Positions 1-12,761 are shown, counted from the first letter of the stretch. The stretch: DNA of 64,000 nt from Octopus sinensis (GCF_006345805.1 NC_043006.1:99014001-99078000); one strand, 5' to 3'. Numbers and translations: made by a program. The notes: generated by a model not told the origin, from the sequence alone.

Positions 1-533
1 TCAAAATAGCTGGTCTCGTGCCTCAATAGGAAACCATTTTCTAATTCCATGTGAAACCGTATCATTCATAAACCATTTTCGTTCTTATAGGTTATGAATT
101 TCAGGGACTTTTTGACTGTAGATCAAAGAAATTGAATCTGTCGGTAGATATTCTGTCGTAATTGTGTGGTATGCACGTTTAAATAGAGCGTGCTCTACTA
201 TGGGGCTACCAAACATATGGTCATTTTACAAAAAATTACAATAGACATTATGCCTATATTATTAACACACGCACTGGTTCAATTTCACTCTATTATTGTT
301 AGTCATTTGGATAAATATCCTACTAACAAATTGATCGTCATGTGTCTAATAGCAAAGGAGTGGAATTCAAACAGTGCATGTTCAGAATATTGGCATGATG
401 ACTATCTCTAGACACAACAATCTTTACTTCAACATATATGACTATAAAAATATGATTATTCGTTTATTTTTTATTAAAAATCTCAAAATATTATATATGA
501 GTATATATATATATATATATATATATATTCTAG

Positions 534-583
534 CAAAAACTGTCCGATGAACGGCAACGGGAAACTCAGAGTAACAGGTTTTG
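534..583 (+). ncRNA. Type-I hammerhead ribozyme-like fold, copy 1 (variant core CCGAUGA)
   Basis: Stem I caaaa-a-ctgt / acag-g-ttttg; core CCGAUGA; stem II cg-GCAA-cg; GAAA; palindromic stem III actc-a-gagt; GUA triplet, predicted cleavage after 573. Manual fold only. Confidence 0.6.
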
Positions 584-713
584 TTGAATTTTCTGGTGCT
601 TTAAATAAAGCATATTACTCTACCACTGGTATTTGAGTACTCTTTTTTTCACCTTGTTTCACACTTATGTGTTTACTCGGTATATATATATATATTATAT
701 ATATATATTCTAG

Positions 714-763
714 CAAAAACTGTCCGATGAACGGCAACGGGAAACTCAGAGTAACAGGTTTTG
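714..763 (+). ncRNA. Type-I hammerhead ribozyme-like fold, copy 2
   Basis: Identical to 534-583, shifted by 180 bp; predicted cleavage after 753. Confidence 0.6.
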
Positions 764-861
764 TTGAATTTTCTGGTGCTTTAAATAAAGCATATTACTC
801 TACCACTGGTATTTGAGTACTCTTTTTTTCACCTTGTTTCACACTTATGTGTTTACTCCGG

Positions 862-920
<59 letters not shown>

Positions 921-2370
921 GTATTTTTTTGTGTACCTGTATTTATGTATTGTCTGTCAGTTCACCTCTATCTACATGAGCAAAGTGTGTCTGTGCTTGT
1001 GTAAAGAGAGGGAAACTGACAGACGTATAAATACAGATACACAGAAAAATACATAGTAAAAGTGAAGGAAAAGTATGGGCTAATGCCTTTATATATTTAG
1101 ATAAATTACATACATCGCTGCGATTTGGCATTATGAATGCTTCACACTATTTGTACCGCAATTGGTTTCTCATTTCAAATCTCACCATAGTATATTCGGC
1201 TGTTAGACATATTACGTCATCCGGTTTACGACCGTTATGTGGCATCTTTTGCACCGTTAGCGTATTCAGTTCTGTTTCAATCATCCGAATCAAGTCTCAC
1301 GTCTTAGGATAGCTTCTTCCACCCTCTAATGTCACGGAAGCCTTCCAGTTGGTAATGAGCATTGTCTTCGATTCTGGTGAAAAGATATTTCTAACCACAT
1401 CCTGCTACAGATATTACAACCTGGGTTCGTTCTCTCAGCCTTCATGTATTCCACCTTATATAAATTTTGGTATATCAATGAAACAACTAATAATTATATA
1501 GGAAATAACTACAGAAATAGCATTTTTCTAATATAATACCTTATTCTATTAAAGCTAACAATGTTATAATTAAAGAATATAATTATATATTTCATCTAAT
1601 TAATATTATAATTGAACGTATAACACAAATATGAGGTTTACCGTAAAAATTCTTCCCGAATCAGATAAAAATCCAATTTACCGTCGATAATTTCCTGTAA
1701 TCCGATACTCTTTTAAATCTATGCACACCTAAATAATTTTCAGTGGTGAAGCCATAATTATTCTCCAGAATTCTAATTTCCTAAACGATAGAGCATTTCA
1801 CTCGAAGGTTTCATTTGTCTAAATTTTACTCCTACTTATACCATGTTCTATCTCATAACTTTTATTTAGTAATTTCATTGATAAATGAAACTTTATATTA
1901 CTTGAGGTATACTTTTGTTATGGCAATATGTGTGAGTTTTTTCGTTCAATATACGATGCAATCGGCATTATCGTATAGATATCTAAGTATGTATGTGTTT
2001 ATATGCACGAACCTCAGCTTATGTGCCTATACACATGTACAGGTCTGAACAGAGCACTTGTTTTCAAAATGTATTCTGTATTTTTGTGCTTTTTGCCTCA
2101 TCATTTCCATTACGGTTTATAATATATTTTACTTTTTGAAATATATCGTGTTATTTCTACGTTGAAGTACACACGAGTCATCTCCAAAGCTGAAGTCTAT
2201 TGCTGGTCGAATGGGCTCCAGGGTGTACGAAAAACATTGCTGCAAAACAGTAAGTAATAGAAACAGAAACGAAACGACTTGCAAGATATTGTGTTTCTCA
2301 GGGATAAATGCACACTCACATACACATACACACAAACGCACACAAACGCGAGCACACGCATACACATATG

Positions 2371-2940
2371 TGCGAGGCCTGATCAATAAGTGCCCGGATT
2401 GTTGCCATAGTACCGATACACGCAGTGTAAAACCACTTGGCGAAGATTGACCATAAACTCTGCTGTCCGTGCGCACAAAGTTTGGACAGTCTATCTCACT
2501 CCTGCTGATATATTCGGCTGTTAGACATATTAAGTCATCAACAGTGCTTGAAAGGAAGATGTGTAGCGTATGATCGTCGCATTGATAATGACAGAAAGTT
2601 TTCATGGCTATACCGCCTCAGAGGCCTACCAAAGCTGCAAAAAGTGTATGAAGATGAGTGCATCAGCTGCACACAAGTTTACGAGTGGTTAAGACGTTTC
2701 CAATATGGCCGAAAAAAGTCAATTTTCACGAACATTCTGCGAGAGCCGCAACCAGCAGAACTGAGAAAAAACATAGCGGATGTGCATGAAACTGTGAGGG
2801 GAAATCGTCGAATCACCATCCGTAAGTTATCGGAGGATGTGCAGATTAGTTACGGTTCAGTTCAGTCCATTATCACCGAAGATTTCGATATGAGATGAGT
2901 GTCTTCTAAGTTTGTGCAAAAAATGCTTTCAATTGACCAG
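2371..2940 (+). mobile_element. Mariner 5' fragment (TIR-like end + transposase N-terminal HTH), decayed
   Basis: Starts tgcgaggcctgatcaataagt (mariner-type end). ORF 2548-2898 LQKVYEDECISCTQVYEWLRRFQYGR...RRITIRKLSEDVQISYGSVQSIITEDFDMR, then *VSSKFVQKMLSIDQ, matches the mariner N-terminus and the RxVSxKFVP-type linker. Confidence 0.85.
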
Positions 2941-3187
2941 TTAATGATATTGAAACTGTAAGTCCCGACTGATATGGCTAACGCACTGAGTGTTTCGCTC
3001 CTGTTTCTTGCATTCAGCTCTGTCTTGAGTATTGCTCTCACCCTGCGATAAATTGTTCTTCTGATTATTTCCCTCATCACTGCATGTTTGATTCCGTCCC
3101 CTTCAATTACCCTTAGGTATTTGTAGCCCTCTGCTGGTTCTAACTCTTTTATGACATGCTGCTGCTCAACGTTAGATATTTCTGTAA

Positions 3188-3188
<1 letters not shown>
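2931..3188 (-). mobile_element. Internal fragment of the R4-clade LINE family seen at 49.8-53.9 kb
   Basis: Reverse complement aligns to about 52232-52490. ORF YRRVRAILKTELNARNRSETLSALAISVGTYSFNIINWSI vs YRRVRAILKTELNARNRIEAINALAIPVVTYSFNIVNWSI. The 5' end abuts (TAA)n at 3189. Confidence 0.9.
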
Positions 3189-3220
<32 letters not shown>

Positions 3221-3239
3221 GTTATTATTATTATTATTA

Positions 3240-3278
<39 letters not shown>

Positions 3279-3309
3279 AGAGCCCCGGCTCTTAAACACT
3301 ACACTATAT

Positions 3310-3385
3310 AGCATAGTGGTTAAGAGCACGGACTACTAACCCGAAGATTCCGAGTTCATTTCCAAGCAGTGACCTGCATAATAAT

Positions 3386-3456
<71 letters not shown>

Positions 3457-3599
3457 TAATAATAATAATAATAATAATAACAACAACAACAAAAACAACA
3501 ACAATAACATCTTAAGAATGAGAACCCAGGTTCGAAATTTCCCCAAGACAACAAACAAGATGAGGACAAATATCCGTCAAATATAAATAATGTAAATAA
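3310..3599 (+). mobile_element. tRNA-headed SINE-like element with internal (AAT)n and a Penelope-terminal-derived 3' part
   Basis: A-box-like tagcatagtggttaag and B-box-like gagttcatttcc, then (AAT)n. 3535-3599 aligns to 31525-31638 except for a missing ~46-bp block. Confidence 0.6.
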
Positions 3600-4946
3600 C
3601 TTCAGGTTTCTTTTCAGCTATTTTAAAATCAATTGAAGGCTGAGAATGAATTGTCCTCATAAGATATGATCATAGAATCCTTTTGAAATCCAAATATTGT
3701 GCTGGTGATTTCTCTTTCTTTTCCATTTGTGAAAGCACTTGGAAGATCAACTCTGTTCTTTCTAATTGTTCCAACTAAAGTAGTTTGATTGCTTAGCAGC
3801 TTTCGAGTCAAACCTAGACTTGTAAAACAATTATCACAAGTAATATTGCGACCAATATTTCTCTGTCTCCTTTTTACTCGGTCTTTTCAAGTGCAGATTT
3901 GCATTTTTCAAGCATAAGATGTTTCACTCTCGCATATTGTTCAAATTTTAATTCCATATTTCCCTGGATTTGAAGGAATATACATCCCCGGAATGGGCGG
4001 CGGCCTCTGAATGAATCTAACTGTTCATCAATTGTCATGCATGAACTTGGAACATATCCATTTTGCAAATTCTGATTCCATATTTCAAATACTTCTCTTA
4101 TAGGCTCCAATTTATCATTACTTCTCGTTTTCCTTCTTGCACTAAGTATCCTCAAAGCGCAATACTTTTAAAATCTGTTGAAATATTTCCTGGCTTATAA
4201 TTTTGTTGAATATTGGGCAGTCATCTTCTTGACTCCATAAATGTGTGGCATTCTCATGTATAACTTTATGAACACCTATATAACTAATCAGTCCAATAAA
4301 TTTCTTTAGTTCAGAATGATCAATTACCTCCCATTTATATTTGCAGAAAATCTGACCTTCAACATTTGTCCATTTACGAATTACTTCAAGAAGATTTTGG
4401 CGCACGCATAAAGATAGTAAAATATGTTTCAATGCTAACTCAGGACCTTTTAGTGACACAGGATGGCCCACATTCTTGGCACACAATATTGCAAGATGAA
4501 GTTCTTACTGCTGCTTGAGTAAGAGGATTAGGATGCTAAACTTGTCTTTCTCTACAAACATATTGCTCATTCATAACTGGTTGGCTTGCAGATAATTGTT
4601 TTTGAGTATTTTCATCATCTGAGGAGCAGAACCTAAACTGTCCAGCACACAATTACTTTCGCCATCATCTTCAGAACAATAGAAGGAATCACTACTATCT
4701 TCTTCCCTTTCTTCATCTGATTCCAATAACCCTTACGATATTTGGTCTTCAATCAAGTTTTCATGTCTACGCATACTGGAAAGCACAACTGAACTATATG
4801 GAACTTGATAGCAGACTAAAGGCAGATATTGCTCTCACACATATTTATACTCTCCTCAAAGATGATGCAATATATTTTAAGAATTGCATCATCACATAGA
4901 AATATTGCATCACCCAATAACCTAGCAGGTGGAAGGTGATGCAATA
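3600..4946 (-). pseudogene. piggyBac-type transposase remnant (frameshifted)
   Basis: Collinear peptides VIRKWTNVEG..ELKKFIGL..LWSQED..LRFED; DKLEPIREVFEIWN..MTIDEQLDSFRGR; GRNITCDNCFTSL; LVGTIRKNRVDLP..FGF. These are the piggyBac DEQL, DN(F)FTS and GTIRKNR motifs. Confidence 0.92.
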
Positions 4947-6349
4947 CCACACAAATTTACAGGAATATTATCCTTTTTTTTCTAAAATTAGGCAAATGAA
5001 TTCAATAAAATTTTATCTATTTTATACCTGATAAATATCAAGGAAAAATGATATTTTGTTCTGTTTAGAAGGACAAGAGTATTGTCTGAATTTAATTCAA
5101 GAGTCCAATGCACCCATACGGTAATTATTGTATAAAGTGAAATTTTCTAGCTTTTATAAACATACGGATAATTTCCTCTTTGACAAATAAAGGAGAGTAA
5201 AGAAAAAATAAAAGCCACGAGAAATCAGCAAGAAAATAATGACTGAATTGTTGACAATCGTATTTCTAAATCGTATAAGTTATTTCCTTCGTCTCATTTT
5301 TTGGTTGATATACTCAATTACTACTTAATAAAATGCATGGTAGAATATTTTATTTCAGATAAAATGTAGTTTTCTTTAAAGTATATAATGAAATCACTAA
5401 TTCTCCAGTTATTCGTATTAATCTTCTAAGTATTCATAGATCGATGGCTATGTTTTTAACATACACGCGATTCCTTATCTCCATATCTCATTGCTGCATG
5501 TTATGGACAATATTATTTACATTCATCAATATTTAAGCCTACCGGGTTTTCATCCTTGTTTCATCTTGTTTTCATCCTTGCCAATCAAAGTTTTTAGAAA
5601 TTTTAGTCTGTTGTAGATCGAAAAAAAATCTTTGATGTATTATTGAATGCTTGCAGATCACTGGCCGAAGTTATCTCTTTGTTTACTATATATTATTTTA
5701 TTTTACTACTCAGTTATGTATTATAGTTCACCAAAAGCTGCACAAATTTTACATACATTCACTAATGGTATTAGACAAAACCATTAATATCGAGATGGAA
5801 CACCTGTTCATATATATAGATTCAGTGATAAAGCCGTATTTTCTGAAAATGAGATGCAATTCCGTCAGGAATTTTGAAACATTTGGCCATAATGAGCTTA
5901 TAAATTTGCAGAAAGAATATACTAGTGTGTCACATATTTGAGAAATATTTCTCATAAGAAACATAAGATACCGTGTTTTTAAGCACAACATGTTGCCTCC
6001 TAGCTCAACTGACTGAAACCCTTTTCACCATTACGCATTGGGTGTCTTTCGTACGGAACCTATTACCAAGAAGAAGAGCAGGAAAGCATATTCATAATAG
6101 CAAGAAGAAGAGCAGGAATGCAACACCGTATAAAAGGCAGCATTAGCTACGTTTTACTTCGCGCTCCGTCCTAAATTGATAACTAACTGTGTTTACGGGC
6201 AAAACATTAGTCAGATGTTTTGAGGTAATATGCAGTTAAAAATGAGTTACCTATATATATATATCTCAAGGCCTCGTCAGAGATTATAAAGTACAATTAT
6301 AAAAATGCAAATATAAATATGAAACAAAATGCACATACACAAGAATAAG

Positions 6350-6396
<47 letters not shown>

Positions 6397-6508
6397 TATA
6401 TATATTATATAAAAGGGCTTAGTAAAATAATTCGCCTTAAATGGTCCCTTTGCATACTGAACACTTGGTGAAATTGATTAATTAATTAATTTTACCCTCA
6501 ATTGTTGA

Positions 6509-6561
<53 letters not shown>

Positions 6562-6834
6562 TATATATATATATATATGTATACATATATATATATATAT
6601 ATAATATATATATATTATAATATATATATATAATATATATATATATATATACATAAGTGTATATACACATATATATATACATATATATATAAGTATATAT
6701 ATATATTAATATACATACACATAAGATTACAGATAACCAAATATATATACTGGAGTATACATATACATTCACATCAATGGGTACATATGCAAAGTTCATT
6801 ACGTTACCAAAACTATTAATATTATTATTATTAT

Positions 6835-8065
6835 TCAGTAGTTTTATTTTTATAGCGTGCTTTCACTTCACTACCGAGCGCAGCTCTGTGTGCCTTACGT
6901 ATGTGCTGTGATTTGTTGTGATGCACTGATGGTTATTGTATGGAAAGTGTTCTGCGTAGGGTGTGTGCAGTGCCTAGTAGTGCAATTCTCTGTATGTTAT
7001 GTGTGTTTGTAAGTCCTGGTGTTTTTGTTATGTATTTGTCTGAATATTTTTTTATCATGCCTAATGCACCTACTATGATAGGAATTGTTTCTGTTTTTAG
7101 ATTCCACATTCTGGTTACCTCTTTTTCCAGGTCTTTGTATTTTGAAAGTTTCTCCATTTCTTTTAGAGACACGTTGTCATCTGCCGGTATTGATACATCA
7201 ATTAGAAAGCATTTTTTTTCTTCATGATCTCTGACAACTATATCCGGTCTGTTGGCCTTAATTTCTCTATCTGTGTGTATCGGCATATCCCAGAGTATGG
7301 CTGCTTTCTCGTTTTCTGTGACCTTTTCTGGTGTGTGCCTATACCATCTTTTTTCTGTTGTTATTCCATAATGTTGGCATAGCTTTCAGTGTATGTAGGT
7401 TCCAACTCTGTCATGTCTGTGAATATATTCCTTCTTAGCCAGGACTGGGCAGCCAGAGATAATATGATTTATTGTTTCTTGTCCATCTCCACATATTCTG
7501 CAGTTACTTGTTATATTTCTTTCCATTACATGTTTTTGGTAATTTCTGGTGGGGAGGTTTTGGTCTTGTGTTTCAATTAAAAATCCCTCTGTCTCTGCTT
7601 TGAGTCTTGAGCTTCTCAATCGTTGCTGGAATTTTTCTTTGTCTATTTATTTTGCGTTTAGTTTAGTCCAGTATTTACCATGAAGGGGCTTTTCTTGCCA
7701 TCGTTTTATGATTCGTTGCCGTTCTATTTGTAGTTTGGATTTCATTTGTTTTATAGCTTTTGTTGTTTCTTCATCTTCTTCTTCTTGTATTTGTCAGTTT
7801 CCTTAAATACTGAGAACAGTTTTTGTTTTGCTCGTGTTTTGCCGCTATTTGTATCAGTTTTCCTTCCTTCTGAAGTAGATATTTTTGCAGTCCTATGGTG
7901 GTTATTTTATAGTAGTTTTCCAGCTGTATAAGGCCTCTACCACGATCAATACGTTGTATATATAGCCTTTCTATGTCAGATTTTAGGTGATGCATCCTAG
8001 ATCCTGTCATTATTTTTCTTATTTTCCTATCTATTTTGGTCAGTTCATTTAGTGTCCAGTTAAGG
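6835..8065 (-). mobile_element. 5'-truncated R4-clade LINE, family 2 (CCHC + REL endonuclease + 3' UTR)
   Basis: ORFs MHHLKSDIERLY..GRGLIQL; LKAETEGFLI..CRICGDGQETINHIISGC..RHD; NRPDIVV..LIDVSIP..KLSKYKDL. (TAA)n on both sides (6816-6834, 8066 onward). Confidence 0.95.
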
Positions 8066-8066
8066 A

Positions 8067-8128
<62 letters not shown>

Positions 8129-8198
8129 TATTATATTATTATTATTATTATTTTTATTATTATTATTAGTAATAATAATAATAATAATAATAATAATA
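8066..8198. repeat. (TTA)n switching to (AAT)n microsatellite
   Basis: Direct reading of the sequence. Confidence 0.95.
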
Positions 8199-9945
8199 TT
8201 AGATTATGTGCATTCTGCTATTCACAATACAGAGGAAATGGAAAATACCACATAGAATATAGTATAATATGATATAGTATAATATTATATAATATAGTAT
8301 AACATAATATATAGACAGATGCTTATGAAAGTTGCAAGCACATTAATTCAACAAATAATGTCATTATATTCATATATCATACATTCAAATTCGAAACTTC
8401 AGTCTTATTCTGCATACATATATATATATATATATACACAGGTAACAAACACATGCATATACATATACATACATGCGCATAAACATCCACTAATACATAT
8501 ATAAAGAGATTTTATCATTTTACATCATACAAAAGATACATTTATGTACATACGTAGAGTTCACACATCAAGAGATAAAAGATAGGCCGTTACGAGCTCT
8601 GCCTACGTTATTATTAATATATTTCAGTGGTTGGAAATCTTACGGGAGTAGGGGAGAGATTATTTACAATCCCAAGCTAAATCCAATTGGTTAACCCATT
8701 TGAATTTCATTGTCTTAGTTACGGTTGGTTGATTAAGATACGTATACATACATACATGCACACACGTACACATAGATATGTATATGTACATAGATACACA
8801 CATACATACGTACATACATATATACATATATACATACATATATACACACATACATATATACACCCACATACACATTTACATATATATACATACATATACA
8901 TAATAATAACTAAAATAATAATATTATAATCCATTTAAAGTAAAAACTATGCTATTTCCTAATATATAATAAGTGGCCTAAATGGGTATTATACGTTAGA
9001 ATTATATATTTGGCCAAAGTTGAAAAAGATTTAGACAAAACCTTCGATAGAAATAGAAAGTATGAATAACATATTTGACAACATTTATGGGAAAAAAATT
9101 GGAAGAGATTTTCGAAAGATACAACAATAAAATTCACCGTATAAATATAACGTTACTATGATGTGAATCCTTAAATTCACTTTTACATTAGCTATTACAC
9201 TTTTCCAATTAAATTCGTTGCAAAAGTTAATTCGTATTAATTACCGTAATAAAAACATTATATTCTGTATCTGACCATATATTATCTTCTTGTTTATGTT
9301 TAAGACCATATTAATCATAAATATATTTACGATGTCTATCAATGTTCATTATTGGGAATAATGTAGAGGTCAATATACAATTTTAATGTTACTTAATTAT
9401 CCAACTATTAATATTTTAATTCTGCATTAATACTTATCTATTCATTTATCGATATAGATAAAATAGGTATTTATTATTTATCTTAGGTTATCCATTATCA
9501 TATCCATGTACCCCAATATATAATAGGTATTTATTATTAATCACAAGTTATACAAGTATATCCTCGTAATTAAATAAGTGTTAGATCAAAACCATTAATA
9601 TCGAGATGGACCAAATAAGTAGTTAACTAAACAAACAAATATGTAGTCCAACCGTTTCCTATAAACCTTTAGAAATACAACACATACATTATACGAATAT
9701 AGGTTGAAGTACACAGGTATATATACATATGCATATACATATATACACTCATATACGTACATAAACATGCACATGCACGCCAGCATACAGTCATATAAAT
9801 AGTCACACATATGCATAAATATACATACACAATATACATATATACATATATATACCTATAACCCACACATAAATATACATATATACACGCATACTGATAT
9901 CCCATAGTAGATTACACTCATAACCCCTATCACACTTTGTACTTT

Positions 9946-9977
<32 letters not shown>

Positions 9978-10103
9978 TTTATCGGAAAGGAGGCAATGTG
10001 TACAGCAATTAAAGGAAGACAAAATCCACAGAAAGATCAAACACATACATATATTCATACATTCATTTATATCTACAGAACAGATATAAATTGTCTAGCG
10101 ATC

Positions 10104-10490
<387 letters not shown>

Positions 10491-11466
10491 GGCAACGAGA
10501 TAGATAATAGTCCGTATTTGTATTTGTTTGCAAGGTTCTTGATGTGACCTCGTGTGCTGAAAGAAATACTATTGAACATTGGGAGGGGCATTATCTCGGT
10601 AACAATAAACACATGCACTGGTTTGGTCCTTTACTGTTATTGTTAGCTAATGGATTAGTTACTTTGCAAACAAATTTATCGATCATCCGTTTTCCCCTAG
10701 ATATTCGAACTCATATATTAAACATTTGGGTCAAACTGTTAATCAATAAAAAATAAATGACAACACGAACAATAATGAACAAAGTTTTAGCATATGAGTT
10801 AGAAAAACTCATAAAAAAACGATAAATTTGTTAGCGACGTAAGTACCCCAAAATCTAACAATAACAATAAAAGTACGAACCACTGCCTGTGGTTGCCCCT
10901 CACAAGGGTCAAATTTCCTTTCGTAATCTGCATCTGTCACTAATAGCTAATTCATAGACAGCCCGCCAAATATTCGCAACATCACTAGTTGTTTAGCATG
11001 CACTAAATTCCATGGTTTTCGGATTCGATAACTGGCTCTCTGATGCCGAAGATCTGCAGCATCACGTTTACGACAGTACCAACCGACGGTGCAGTCGAAG
11101 TCTCATCAACCAATGTTAGCAGTGGTTTCAAGCATATCGCCCACACGGGATTATATCTCGGAACGTTTATCGTAGTCTAAGCGTTCAAAACATCACAAGT
11201 AATTTCTATTGGAAGTGATAATATCCGTTTCGAAATTTGAATCTGCCAACCGTTTCTAATTATATATATTTCTTTACAATGCAGACGTGGTAAGTCCTAC
11301 GGATTGACTCAGTGATTTTAAAATTTGATACTTATTCTGGTGGCCTCTTTGGCCGAACCGTTAAGTTTTGTGGACATAAACACATCAACACCGGTTGGAA
11401 AGTGGTGAGAGATGACAAACACAGACACATAGATACATACATAGGCAGATATGTATGTATATATAG

Positions 11467-11497
<31 letters not shown>

Positions 11498-12650
11498 CAT
11501 ACATATGTGTGTGTATGTATGTATGTAAGTATGTATATGTGTATGTGGGTGTGGATGTGTGTCTTTCTTTGAGTCTAGATTTGTTCCACGCCATTGCATG
11601 GCAAATGATGTTCGTTTGTTTACCTTCACCATAAAGATGTCACTGTAAGTACAAGATTAAAGTACTTTTTCCTTCTTTTTGTGCGTGTGTGAACCGAATC
11701 AAATATATGATTAAGAAATGTTAACAAACTATTGAATTACTCGTTATTTTACAATTGCTGTTCATTCTATAAGAAACAAAAGAAAAAGAACAAATTGAAT
11801 AGGAATGCACGAAGTAATTTAGAGAAGAGGTTAAGTGCAATGGGTGCAGAATATGAGTGTTTTGTCGGAAAAGAATACGTATAAAATAAATTCTTCTTAT
11901 TTATGTTTTTCACCGATAAACGTCAAAGGAAAAGCTATTGTAGATTACCGTTTAGCTTAATTCATTCATATATAAATATCTATTGAATTAATATTTGTGT
12001 TAGGAAGTAGAAGAATATGCAATTATTTTCATTGAATAGACCATTACTATTGTGCAAAAAAATTACTATCTGTAATTATAAGTAAACATCACCTTATGGC
12101 TATAAGTAATTATTTCTTGCATAATAATATAGGATAGTAATTAGAAGTGAATCTATTATTAAGGGGTACAAACGTCATGAAAAACATATTCTCTGTAATT
12201 GGATTTTTTACTGTACTTATATTTTAGTAATATTCATTATAACGGCAGGAAATTTCAAAGAGTGATAGGGAAGAAATTTGAAGGGAACATGACTTACTGA
12301 TGTAAACTACCATAACAACAATTAAAACATCATATACACATCAGCTCACACAGACACATACACAGACAGGTACACACACGCACACACACTCACACATGCA
12401 GGGTGAGTTAAAACCAGTGCTCAATTCATGTCTTAGGGTTTATGTGCATGATGTCACGATTGGGAGAGTCTTTTGACTCCTTAATTCATGTTTTACGATT
12501 TGGGATATCAAAGAGTATTAATAACATCATAAAAGATCCAGATTTAATAAGTTTCAAATCTGTCAATTATAAACTAAAAAACTACAAAGGCATGACTACC
12601 GAGAAGGTGGGTACTATTTTTTACTTACTGCATATATATATATTATATAT

Positions 12651-12761
<111 letters not shown>

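Larger units (their letters stand above)
528..861 (+). repeat. Two-copy 180-bp tandem repeat embedded in (TA)n
   Basis: 541-660 is identical to 721-840. Both units start ttctagcaaaaac (528, 708) and differ only by a 1-bp indel (actcgg vs actccgg) and the TA spacer. Confidence 0.95.

Noticed and set aside
3310-3370. tRNA-like heads here and in SINE families A and B
   Set aside because: A/B boxes only, with no cloverleaf completion; these are SINE heads, not tRNA genes.
5651-5991. Overlapping 96-aa and 80-aa ORFs
   Set aside because: No recognisable domain or convincing splice context.
6068-6120. 18-bp direct repeat caagaagaagagcaggaa
   Set aside because: Short local duplication in low-complexity purine sequence with no further structure.
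9440-9570. Repeated ataggtatttattatt with apparent ag/gt boundaries suggesting tiny exons
   Set aside because: The implied introns are about 20 bp; better explained as a decayed local duplication.
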